A stretch of 40,229 nucleotides of DNA from Cyanobacteria bacterium UBA7694 (lineage in GTDB: Bacteria > Cyanobacteriota > Sericytochromatia > UBA7694), in the NCBI GenBank assembly GCA_002482705.1, contig DLGM01000366.1:1-40229 (forward strand). Direction: 5' to 3'. The position numbers and the translations under genes are program-made. Below the pieces are notes generated by a model. The model had not been told where the DNA came from. It was given only the letters and a program-made list of their open reading frames with translations, and searched no databases. Positions 32,025 to 40,229 of this stretch are shown piece after piece. The stretch's first letter is position 1, and each line of letters opens with the position of its first letter.

Positions 32025-33992
32025 ATGACAACATCGTCCTCTCATGATGCAATCCTTCACACTGCGGTGACACTTCAAGATACCCCTTTGCTGCCAGCCA
32101 TTCTCGCAGCCCCCCTTTTGGGAGCTGTGGTATTAGGTCTGCTGACACTCTTGAACACCCGTAAAACACAGGGACCTTCCGAGCAATGGGTCACCATCAT
32201 TGCTTGTGCAGGCCCGGTATTGGCCACTCTCCTCTCAGGGGCCCTGTTCATCCAAATGTTGGGGCAACCCGATTTGGTCTTCCATCAGACGCTATTTAGC
32301 TGGATCAAAACCAGCAGCTTTGACCTGCAACTGGGGCTGACGCTGGATCGCCTCTCTGGGCTGATGGTACTCATGATCACCTTTATTGGCTCATTGATCC
32401 ATGTCTTTTCCAGCGCCTATATGCACGGTGACCGGGGTTTTAGCCGTTATTTCACCTATCTAAACCTCTTCCTTTTTGCCATGCTGATGCTGATTTTGTC
32501 CGACAACTTGGTCGGGCTCTTCATGGGCTGGGAAGGAGTGGGGGTTTGTTCCTTCTTATTAATTGGCTTTTGGTTTAATGACCCCCAAAAAGCCGCCGCC
32601 GGAACCAAGGCCTTTGTGGTCAACCGGGTAGGTGACTTTGGTTTTATCCTCGGGATCTTCCTGCTTTTCCAAGCTGTTGGAGCTTTCGACTTCATTCATA
32701 TTCAAGAAAAAATTGCCACTATCTCCCCCCTGCAACTAAACCTGATTGCCCTGTTACTCCTGATCGGTGCTTTGGGTAAATCGGCCCAAATCCCTTTGCA
32801 TGTGTGGTTGCCCGATGCAATGGCAGGCCCGACCCCCGTCAGTGCCCTGATCCACGCTGCAACGATGGTCACGGCTGGGGTATACCTGATTTCGCGCATG
32901 CATTTCTTATACGATTTGACCCCAGTTGTGGGTGCATTGATTGTCACCATTGGCGGATTAACCGCCCTGATGGCCGCCTCCATTGCCCTGGTACAGGACG
33001 ACATTAAAAAGGTGCTGGCTTATTCCACCGTCAGCCAACTGGGTTATATGTTCATGGGTGTAGGCGCTGGTGCCTATGCCGCAGGCATCTTTCACGTCTT
33101 TACCCACGCCTTTTTTAAGGCCGCCCTGTTCTTAGGCGCTGGTGCCGTGATTCATGCCCTGCACCATGAACAAAACCTCTGGAAGATGGGCGGGTTACGC
33201 CCGTTATTAAAAGTGACGGCCTTTGCCATGGGGGTTTCGACCCTGGCAATTGCGGGGGTTCCACCCTTTGCAGGTTTCTTCAGCAAAGACGAAATTTTGT
33301 GGGCTCTTTGGGAAAATCACTACTACTTCTTTTGGGGAGTGGGTGTTCTCACCGCAGGCCTGACGGCCTTTTATATGTTCCGCCTGTATATTCTCACCTT
33401 TGAAGGCACACGCCGCTCGACCGTTGAAGTCCATGCTGAACCCATGGCCATGAAACTGCCCTTAATCTTGTTGGGTATTGGAGCCATTAGTGTGGGAGTG
33501 CTGGGTTTGCCTGGTACCCTAGGTCTGCCAAACTGGATCTCCCATTGGATGGAGCCCGTCTTTGGTGCCCACCATGCTCCTGACAATGCCTTTTTATTGT
33601 CGTTGGGCTTGATGGTAGTTTCTTTAAGCGCTGCAGGTTTGGGCATTGTAATGGCCTTTAGCCAATTTTATAAAGCCGATGTACAGCCCCCCGCAGATAA
33701 CTTTAACCCAGTCACCCTTGTGCTCAAAGCCAAATATGGGTTTGACCTGGCCTACAGTTATGGCATTGTCAAACCGCTGATGATGGCTGCCCAACTGCAC
33801 AAAGAAGTGATTGAACCCATGCTCATCGACGGTGCAATTGTCATTGGCAGCAAGGTCTATTATGTCCTTTCACTGATTGTGCGCACATTACAATTTGGCA
33901 ATGTGCGAGCCTATGGCTATTACATGCTGATAGGCATGATTTTGCTGGCATGCTTCTACTTCCTGCTGCGCCAGCCAGGAGTCACCTTATGA
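32025..33992 (+). CDS. nuoL: NADH-quinone oxidoreductase subunit L
   Basis: 655 aa. It has WLPDAMAGPTPVSALIHAATMVTAGVY and the long C-terminal amphipathic region typical of NuoL/ND5. Confidence 0.95.
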   Translation: MTTSSSHDAILHTAVTLQDTPLLPAILAAPLLGAVVLGLLTLLNTRKTQGPSEQWVTIIACAGPVLATLLSGALFIQMLGQPDLVFHQTLFSWIKTSSFDLQLGLTLDRLSGLMVLMITFIGSLIHVFSSAYMHGDRGFSRYFTYLNLFLFAMLMLILSDNLVGLFMGWEGVGVCSFLLIGFWFNDPQKAAAGTKAFVVNRVGDFGFILGIFLLFQAVGAFDFIHIQEKIATISPLQLNLIALLLLIGALGKSAQIPLHVWLPDAMAGPTPVSALIHAATMVTAGVYLISRMHFLYDLTPVVGALIVTIGGLTALMAASIALVQDDIKKVLAYSTVSQLGYMFMGVGAGAYAAGIFHVFTHAFFKAALFLGAGAVIHALHHEQNLWKMGGLRPLLKVTAFAMGVSTLAIAGVPPFAGFFSKDEILWALWENHYYFFWGVGVLTAGLTAFYMFRLYILTFEGTRRSTVEVHAEPMAMKLPLILLGIGAISVGVLGLPGTLGLPNWISHWMEPVFGAHHAPDNAFLLSLGLMVVSLSAAGLGIVMAFSQFYKADVQPPADNFNPVTLVLKAKYGFDLAYSYGIVKPLMMAAQLHKEVIEPMLIDGAIVIGSKVYYVLSLIVRTLQFGNVRAYGYYMLIGMILLACFYFLLRQPGVTL

Positions 33993-35512
33993 ATTCCATC
34001 TTGCTTTCACTACTGATCTTTTTCCCGCTCCTTTCGGGAGCCGTGCTTTTGTTATTGCCTCGCCGTTTTGGCGCTCAAGTGCGGATGGCCGCTGTAGGTA
34101 TAGCCGCCCTTGAAGCTGTTTTAAGTTTGGTCTTATTCTGCCAATTCCAAGCCCAACCCTCTTTGCAATTCACAGAACAGCGCCCCTGGATTCCCAGTTT
34201 GGGGATTGAGTATCATCTCGGCGTAGATGGTTTGAGCCTGATGCTCATCGTGCTGACAACACTGTTTACAGTGATTGCCATGTTAGCAAGCTGGAATCAG
34301 GTTGAGCATAGACCCGGCTCCTACTTTTCACTCATTCTGCTCTTTGAAGCAGGGCTGATCGGTACCGCTCTGGCGGTCGATTTGGTGCTGTTCTATCTCT
34401 TCTGGGAATTGATGCTGATCCCTGTGTTCTTCCTCATCGGCATCTGGGGCGGCGCTAAACGCATCCAGGCCGTGACTAAATTTGTCATTTATACCATGGC
34501 TGGTTCGTTGGTTTTACTGTTGAGCATTCTGTATCTGGGTGTGCAGTACCACCAAAAAACGGGCGCTTGGACCTTTAACCTCCTCGATCTGTATCAAGTG
34601 CCCATGGGCCTGCATTGGAGCGCTGAGCTTCTGTTCTTTGGATTTGCTCTGGCCTTCCTGATCAAAATCCCGATTTTCCCTCTACACACCTGGTTGCCAG
34701 ATGCTTACGCAGAAGCCCCCACTCCGATCACCTTCTTGTTATCGGGGATTATGGCCAAGATGGGCATTTATGGCCTACTGCGCATTAGTCTACCGCTGTT
34801 CCCAGAAGTGGTTGCCAAATGGGCTCCGATTTTGTCCATTGTAGCCATTATTGGTTTGGTCTATGCAGCAGTGACAGCCCTGGCTCAAACCGATATCAAG
34901 CGCCTGATTGCGTATTCGTCGATCAGCCACTTAGGCCTGATTGCCTTGGGGGTGTTTACCTGGAATCTGTCGTCACTCAACGGCACCCTGTATCACATCG
35001 TCAACCATGCGGTTGCAACAGGCGCCCTCTTCCTGTTGGTACATCTGCTCGAAACCCGCACAGGCACGCGTGACATTCGGGAGCTGGGGGGGCTGGCAAC
35101 CTCAGCCCCAATCTTTGCCGTGATTTTTATGCTCATGACCTTTGCCTCGATTGGCGTTCCGGGGCTCAACGGCTTTGTGGGTGAGTTCCTCATCCTTTTA
35201 GGTGTCACGACCCATCAGCCTATCCTGGGTGCAATGGCAGCAACAACGCTGATTTTCTCAGCTGCATATATGCTTTGGTTAACCCAGCGCTTCTTGTTTG
35301 GGCCCCAGACAGAGCTGGTAAAAACCCATGAAAACCTCGAACTGGCTCCCCGTCAGGTGCTCTTGCTCACGCCGTTTATTTTGGCCGTAATTGTCATGGG
35401 CGTTTATACAGCTCCCGTGATCGATCGGATCGAACCCACGGTCAAGCAATACCCGCACAGCCAAAACATCCAACTCCACGTGGCCCTGCCGGGAGAAGCT
35501 CTTTATGAATAG
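33989..35512 (+). CDS. nuoM: NADH-quinone oxidoreductase subunit M
   Basis: 507 aa from MNSILLSLLIFFPLL. Its ATG overlaps the nuoL stop (ATGA). HTWLPDAYAEAPTPITFLLSG is typical of NuoM/ND4. Confidence 0.93.
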   Translation: MNSILLSLLIFFPLLSGAVLLLLPRRFGAQVRMAAVGIAALEAVLSLVLFCQFQAQPSLQFTEQRPWIPSLGIEYHLGVDGLSLMLIVLTTLFTVIAMLASWNQVEHRPGSYFSLILLFEAGLIGTALAVDLVLFYLFWELMLIPVFFLIGIWGGAKRIQAVTKFVIYTMAGSLVLLLSILYLGVQYHQKTGAWTFNLLDLYQVPMGLHWSAELLFFGFALAFLIKIPIFPLHTWLPDAYAEAPTPITFLLSGIMAKMGIYGLLRISLPLFPEVVAKWAPILSIVAIIGLVYAAVTALAQTDIKRLIAYSSISHLGLIALGVFTWNLSSLNGTLYHIVNHAVATGALFLLVHLLETRTGTRDIRELGGLATSAPIFAVIFMLMTFASIGVPGLNGFVGEFLILLGVTTHQPILGAMAATTLIFSAAYMLWLTQRFLFGPQTELVKTHENLELAPRQVLLLTPFILAVIVMGVYTAPVIDRIEPTVKQYPHSQNIQLHVALPGEALYE

Positions 35513-36995
35513 TGCACTTTTTACCTTTTTACCTTTAGGGCTGGTTATTACTTGGGGCATTTTGTTGCTCTTGTTGGGGGCTTTTTTACCCAACGAACGG
35601 CGCAGTCTGCTCACTTCCATAGCCGCTTTGGGCGCAGCAGTCAGTGGTGTGGCCACCCTGTTTAGCTACCAGCAAATGCTCAAAGCTGGGGGCACATTGG
35701 CTCCACTGGGCAATTTTTATGTGCTCGACACCTTCGCCGTCTTTTTCCATCTGCTCACGCTCTTTGCCTTATTGGTCACAGTCCTGATTTCGTCGTTTTA
35801 TTTAGAACGAGAAAACCTACAGCGGGGTGAATATTTTGCTCTGCTCTTTTTCAGCCTCAGCGGCATGATGATTTTGGCTTCGTCCAAAGAACTCATGACC
35901 CTGTTTGTTGGCCTCGAAATTGTTTCCATGTCGGTCTATACCTTGGTGGGTTACCAACGCACCAGCCTGCGCTCCAACGAAGGGGCATTTAAATATTTCT
36001 TGCTGGGTTCTTTGGCCTCCGCCATTTTGCTTTATGGCATCGCCCTGATGTATGGTGTGACTGGCACCACCCAACTGGCAGGGCTGCGCGATTATTTCTT
36101 GTCGCGCGCCCATACACCCCTGTCAGGTTTAGCCATGATTTTAATGCTCAGTGGTTTGGGCTTTAAGATCGCTGCCGTTCCCTTCCACACCTGGACACCA
36201 GATGCTTATGAAGGTGCACCGATGCCGATCACGGGTTTTATGGCCACCGCCGTCAAAGCGGGTGTATTTGCCCTGCTGATCCGGGTTCTTGGTGAGGGCT
36301 TGGTCGATCTTCGTGCCTACTGGGTTGACCTGATTGCTATCTTGGCTGCTGTCACAATGCTCGTTGGCAATATGATGGCCTTTGTACAAACCAGCTTTAA
36401 GCGCATGTTGGCCTATTCCAGCATTGTGCACACGGGTTATTTGTTAGTGGGTGTAACCGCTTTAAGCAACCAAAGCAACAATCAAGCCGTGTCAGCTTTG
36501 CTCTATTACCTCTTGATCTACGTGCTCAGTTCTTTGGGTGTCTTTGCCGCCCTGACGTTATTGAGCGCCCGTCGCGAGGCACACACAAAATTGAGTGATT
36601 ATGCCGGTTTGGCCTCTGAATACCCCTTTGCAGCTTTTGCCTTGAGCCTATTTATGCTGTCGTTTATTGGGGTACCCCCATTGGGTGGTTTCTTTGCCAA
36701 GTATTACCTGTTTGCAACCACCTTAGGAGCCCAACAGGTGCTGCTAACTGGCTTTGCCATTCTCAACAGCGTGCTTGCCATTGCCTACTATCTGCGGGTG
36801 GTAACCACCCTGTATATGCAGCCCACTGGTGAACATTGGGCCCAACAACAGGCGCGTCCAGTGGCGATCACGGCTGTGCTTGCCATTACTGCCCTGACAG
36901 TGTTTTGGGCCGGGTTTGGCCCCTTTAACCTGGGAGTGTTCCCCGGTATTAACAGCCTGATGAATTGGTTACAAACGGCCAGTTTGGTGGGTTAA
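35505..36995 (+). CDS. nuoN: NADH-quinone oxidoreductase subunit N
   Basis: 496 aa. It has FHTWTPDAYEGAPMPITGFMATAVK. It overlaps the nuoM end by 8 nt. Confidence 0.93.
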   Translation: MNSALFTFLPLGLVITWGILLLLLGAFLPNERRSLLTSIAALGAAVSGVATLFSYQQMLKAGGTLAPLGNFYVLDTFAVFFHLLTLFALLVTVLISSFYLERENLQRGEYFALLFFSLSGMMILASSKELMTLFVGLEIVSMSVYTLVGYQRTSLRSNEGAFKYFLLGSLASAILLYGIALMYGVTGTTQLAGLRDYFLSRAHTPLSGLAMILMLSGLGFKIAAVPFHTWTPDAYEGAPMPITGFMATAVKAGVFALLIRVLGEGLVDLRAYWVDLIAILAAVTMLVGNMMAFVQTSFKRMLAYSSIVHTGYLLVGVTALSNQSNNQAVSALLYYLLIYVLSSLGVFAALTLLSARREAHTKLSDYAGLASEYPFAAFALSLFMLSFIGVPPLGGFFAKYYLFATTLGAQQVLLTGFAILNSVLAIAYYLRVVTTLYMQPTGEHWAQQQARPVAITAVLAITALTVFWAGFGPFNLGVFPGINSLMNWLQTASLVG

Positions 36996-37014
36996 CCCTT
37001 CCGTTTTTGCTGTG

Positions 37015-37045
37015 CAAGACCCCTGACAAATTGTCAGGGGTCTTG
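37015..37045 (+). terminator. Strong hairpin terminator after nuoN
   Basis: A perfect palindrome, CAAGACCCCTGACAA-a-TTGTCAGGGGTCTTG, lies 20 nt after the nuoN stop. The downstream T-tract is weak (gcatttg). Confidence 0.65.
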
Positions 37046-37191
37046 GCATTTGAAATACATGATCTCGGCTTGTTCTATAGGCCTACACTTATTAAGTGTA
37101 CGTTTTCCACTTGCTCTTCAAGTTGTGGTAAAATAGGCGTAGAATTTGCAGATTCCACCCACCCGTTTTGGCCTAGCCAAAGGAGGTCTTT

Positions 37192-38508
37192 ATGACTCGC
37201 CCACGTATTGCAATTATCGGAGGGGGTTTTGGCGGTTTATATACTGCCCAACATCTGCATCATGCCCCCGCACAACTGACGCTCATTGATCGTCGCAACT
37301 TTCATTTATTTCAACCGTTACTCTACCAAGTCGCTACCGGCGGCCTCTCTCCGGCAAATATCGCCGCCCCCCTGCGCGCCATCTTAAAACACCAGACCAA
37401 TACCGAAGTCTTGTTGGCAGAAGTCAGCACCCTTGATCCGGCAGCCCGCCTGATTCATTTTAGCGATGGCGAAAGCCTAAGTTATGACTATTTGGTGGTT
37501 GCCACCGGGGCCAGCCACAACTACTTTGGCAATGCCCACTGGGAGCAACATGCGCCTGGCCTGAAAACCTTAGAAGACGCCACCGAAATCCGCCGTAAGG
37601 TCTTATTGGCCTTTGAAAGCGCCGAACGGGAAACAGACCCGCAGCGCCGCCAAGCCCTGCTCACCTTTGTGGTCGTAGGGGGTGGCCCAACAGGTGTGGA
37701 GTTAGCTGGAGCCTTAGGTGAAATCGCTCACCAAACCCTCAAAGGCAACTTCCGCCGTATGGATCCGGCTCAGGCCAAAATATACCTCATTGAAGCCGGA
37801 GAGCGTATTCTTCCCCCTTATGATCCCAGCCTTTCGGCCCAAGCGGTCATTTCCCTCGAACAATTAGGTGCAACCGTACGAACCCGTACCCAAGTGATCG
37901 ACATCCAAGCGGATCATGTACGCCTGCGCCATCAAGATCAGGAGGAAGTCTTGCCCACCCATACCGTACTCTGGGCTGCAGGGGTTCAGGCTTCCCCCTT
38001 GGGGAAAATATTGGCTACGGCCACCGGGGCCGAACTAGATCGGGTCGGACGTATCAAAGTCAACCCCGATTTGACGCTGCCCAATCACGCTGAGATTTAT
38101 GTCTTAGGAGATTTGGCCCACTGTGTTGGGCCCAGTGGCCAACCCCTCCCGGGTGTTGCGCCTGTAGCAATGCAACAAGGCACCTATGTCGCACAGCATC
38201 TCTTGGCGCGCTTACAGGGACAGACCCACCCACCTGAACCCTTTGTCTATTTTGACAAAGGCAATATGGCGACCATTGGTCGTAAGCTGGCGGTCGTTGA
38301 AAGCGGCAAAATGAAGGTCAGTGGTTTCTTGGCTTGGCTGATGTGGTTGTTTATTCACATTGTTTACCTGATCGAGTTTGGGAACCGTGTCCAAGTGGTC
38401 TTGCAATGGGGATGGAACTATCTGACTCGCAACCGCTCAGCCCGCTTGATTACGGGTGCAAACAGGCTTCCTGGCAGTACCCACAATCAGGATAAAATAG
38501 CCCGCTAA
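37192..38508 (+). CDS. ndh: Type II NADH:quinone oxidoreductase (NDH-2)
   Basis: 438 aa. Two Rossmann motifs are present (IAIIGGGFGGLY and FVVVGGGPTGVELAG). A C-terminal amphipathic/TM region is also present. GGAGG lies upstream. Confidence 0.92.
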   Translation: MTRPRIAIIGGGFGGLYTAQHLHHAPAQLTLIDRRNFHLFQPLLYQVATGGLSPANIAAPLRAILKHQTNTEVLLAEVSTLDPAARLIHFSDGESLSYDYLVVATGASHNYFGNAHWEQHAPGLKTLEDATEIRRKVLLAFESAERETDPQRRQALLTFVVVGGGPTGVELAGALGEIAHQTLKGNFRRMDPAQAKIYLIEAGERILPPYDPSLSAQAVISLEQLGATVRTRTQVIDIQADHVRLRHQDQEEVLPTHTVLWAAGVQASPLGKILATATGAELDRVGRIKVNPDLTLPNHAEIYVLGDLAHCVGPSGQPLPGVAPVAMQQGTYVAQHLLARLQGQTHPPEPFVYFDKGNMATIGRKLAVVESGKMKVSGFLAWLMWLFIHIVYLIEFGNRVQVVLQWGWNYLTRNRSARLITGANRLPGSTHNQDKIAR

Positions 38509-38978
38509 GAAGCTGGCTGAGTAGGAGCAGCACTGGCAGGTGGCGGGGCCCGCATTTCCGCCCCAATTTTAACGGCGGACACCCAGCTCCGTGCGGTAAA
38601 GGTAACGGTCATTAAAATCAGGAAAAAGAGATTGGGCACCAACCAATCGGGCAGCGGGCGGCGGCGAAAATAGAGCAGCGTTCCGGCTCCCGCTAAGCCT
38701 GTGACCAAGGCGCCCACCAGGGCAAATTTGGTCATGCGATAGTGTTTGTCGATGGCCAGTTCAGCCACTTGGGTATGGGCTGGCATTTGTTGCCGGGTGG
38801 GATGCCCCGAGAGGTAAAGAGGTACCATACACAGACCCGCCAAACCAAAAGCCACACAAGCCCAACGCACAAAACGCTCTTGGCGCTTCAATGCTCCCCA
38901 GAAAAAAAGCACTAGGGCTGTGCCCAAACACAATAAGTAGGGAACAAACGAAATATGATGAAGCTGTGTGGCCGTCAT
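38505..38978 (-). CDS. Hypothetical four-TM membrane protein
   Basis: 157 aa with four hydrophobic segments and a Pro/Ala-rich tail. Its 3' end overlaps the ndh stop by 4 nt (convergent). I recognise no motif. Confidence 0.6.
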   Translation of the reverse strand: MTATQLHHISFVPYLLCLGTALVLFFWGALKRQERFVRWACVAFGLAGLCMVPLYLSGHPTRQQMPAHTQVAELAIDKHYRMTKFALVGALVTGLAGAGTLLYFRRRPLPDWLVPNLFFLILMTVTFTARSWVSAVKIGAEMRAPPPASAAPTQPAS

Positions 38979-39029
38979 AGTACCTCAAATCCACACCTAT
39001 GATAGCACGGGGCAAGGGCTGAAGGCCTA

Positions 39030-39038
39030 TGGTATAAT
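39030..39038 (+). promoter_or_regulatory. Extended -10 promoter candidate upstream of punA
   Basis: TGgTATAAT lies at 39030-39038 with no good -35. It would give an about 120-nt leader. Confidence 0.4.
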
Positions 39039-39165
39039 TGGCAGTTGTTTGTGGTGTTTAACAAAAATCACCCTTACAGGCTCTCCATGGGAGTATTCCG
39101 CGAATTTGCGCTCCTTGAGCGCAGCTGGCAAGGCAAGCCTACCAGCACCATAGAAAGGCACTTTA

Positions 39166-39987
39166 ATGACGTATCCCAAAGAACATCTTGAAAATACCGC
39201 TGCATTTATTCGTAAACACACCTCTATTCAACCCGAATATGGCATTATTCTGGGCTCCGGTCTGGGCGTGATTGCTGAAAGCATGGAAGAAGCAGTCCGT
39301 ATCCCCTACAGCGAAATCCCCCATTTCCTGAAATCTACTGCCCCTGGTCATGCGGGCAATCTGGTGATTGGCAAACTGAATGGCAAAGCCGTCATGGTCA
39401 TGCAAGGGCGCTTTCACACCTACGAAGGGTATACCCAACAGGAAGTCACCTATCCTATCGCTGCCATGAAAGAAATGGGCGCCCACACCCTGATCGTCAC
39501 CTGCGCCACCGGGGGCCTGAACTATAACTTTAAAGCGGGCGATATTATGTTGATCCGCGATCATATCAACTTTACCGGTAGCAACCCCCTGATTGGTCAT
39601 AATGACGAAGCTGTGGGCCCTCGCTTCCCCGTTATGTTTGATGCTTATACCCCCGAACTGCGAAAAGTAGCTCACTCCGCCGCCTTAAAAGCAGGCATCC
39701 GCCTCCATGAAGGCATTTACTGCGGCATCACCGGCCCGGTGTTTTATACCCCAGCCGAACTGCGCATGCTCATGCAGTGGGGTGCTGACTCGATTGGCAT
39801 GTCCACAGTTCCCGAGGTGATTAATGCCGTACATCGCGGCATGAAAGTCATGGGCTTGGCCCTGATCAGCGATATTGCCATCCCCGACGGCGGGCACCAC
39901 GCCACCGGGGATGACGTGCTCCGCACCGTTAAAGAGAGCAGCGAAACCTTTACCCGCTTACTCAATAGCATTATGGCTGAGCTCTAG
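39166..39987 (+). CDS. punA: Purine nucleoside phosphorylase (trimeric PunA/PNP type)
   Basis: 273 aa. Motifs are GIILGSGLG, MQGRFHTYEGY, VTCATGGLN and GADSIGMSTVPEV. Confidence 0.93.
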   Translation: MTYPKEHLENTAAFIRKHTSIQPEYGIILGSGLGVIAESMEEAVRIPYSEIPHFLKSTAPGHAGNLVIGKLNGKAVMVMQGRFHTYEGYTQQEVTYPIAAMKEMGAHTLIVTCATGGLNYNFKAGDIMLIRDHINFTGSNPLIGHNDEAVGPRFPVMFDAYTPELRKVAHSAALKAGIRLHEGIYCGITGPVFYTPAELRMLMQWGADSIGMSTVPEVINAVHRGMKVMGLALISDIAIPDGGHHATGDDVLRTVKESSETFTRLLNSIMAEL

Positions 39988-40229
39988 TGATCACCCAGGA
40001 TTTAATCACCCCAGCTCGGGAACAAAGCTCCTGGGCACTCGTCAGCAGACGCATGCTGCGCAATAAGTCCTTCATGTTAGGAGGGCTGATCGTGGTCCTC
40101 TTCTTGCTGCTGGCTTTTTTCCCCCAGCTCTTTAGCCAATACAACCCCACTCAGGGTGATTTGGCCAATTCACGGCTGTTGCCGCCTTCAGCCATGCACT
40201 GGTTTGGAACTGATGACCTCGGTCGTGAC
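39987..40229 (+). CDS. Oligopeptide/dipeptide ABC transporter permease (OppC/DppC family). Only the N-terminal fragment is in the window; the gene continues beyond the window end.
   Basis: Hand translation from GTG at 39987 (which overlaps the punA TAG by 1 nt) gives MITQDLITPAREQSSWALVSRRMLRNKSFMLGGLIVVLFLLLAFFPQLFSQYNPTQGDLANSRLLPPSAMHWFGTDDLGRD. The HWFGTDxLGRD block is characteristic of OppC/DppC N-terminal regions. Confidence 0.75.
   Translation, partial: MITQDLITPAREQSSWALVSRRMLRNKSFMLGGLIVVLFLLLAFFPQLFSQYNPTQGDLANSRLLPPSAMHWFGTDDLGRD

Noticed and set aside
39163-39675. A 170-aa minus-strand ORF lies antisense to punA.
   Set aside because: It is a shadow ORF opposite a clearly identified PNP gene, and it has no motifs.
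1-40229. I looked for CRISPR arrays, tRNA/rRNA genes, IS elements, integrases, toxin-antitoxin pairs and long direct or inverted repeats.
   Set aside because: I found no repeat-spacer periodicity, no tRNA T-loop-like GTTCGAATC-type segments in the two long spacers, no transposase- or integrase-like ORFs, and no long repeats visible by eye. A computational repeat scan and a tRNAscan/Infernal run would be needed to exclude these formally.

Overview
This is a 40.2-kb, gene-dense chromosomal segment with about 45 CDS and roughly 50% G+C by eye. It comes from an aerobic diderm bacterium, judged from an LptF/LptG-type permease and lipoprotein signal peptides. I cannot assign the lineage without a database search. 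I recognised no rRNA, tRNA, CRISPR array, IS element or integrase.

Most of the window is housekeeping:
- A minus-strand string of hypothetical, HDAC-family deacetylase, ATP-PFK and SAM-methyltransferase genes, followed by a stand-alone receiver and a TolB-like/M28 peptidase.
- An EF-hand lipase lipoprotein.
- A Cys-rich mini-ORF coupled to a zinc-finger-less DnaJ (CbpA-like).
- An LptF/G permease, an MccB/LiuB-like carboxyltransferase and an M23 peptidase.
- A complete caa3-type cytochrome c oxidase cluster (ctaC-D-E, subunit IV fused to cytochrome c, ctaG, a His-rich mini-protein and an anchored cytochrome c).
- ctaB-sco1-mrdA-rodA-PQQ-propeller lipoprotein.
- cheY-cheX-cheW-mcp.
- nuoJKLMN, then NDH-2, a membrane protein, punA and the start of a peptide ABC permease.

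The non-ordinary region is about 11.86-15.55 kb. It holds a divergently transcribed set of unknown small proteins around an isolated, very divergent flagellar rod/hook-family gene. That gene appears to carry an internal winged-helix-like insert, and no canonical flagellar structural genes lie nearby. I consider this the best candidate for an undescribed system.

All functional calls come from motifs read by eye in the supplied translations. No searches were run.
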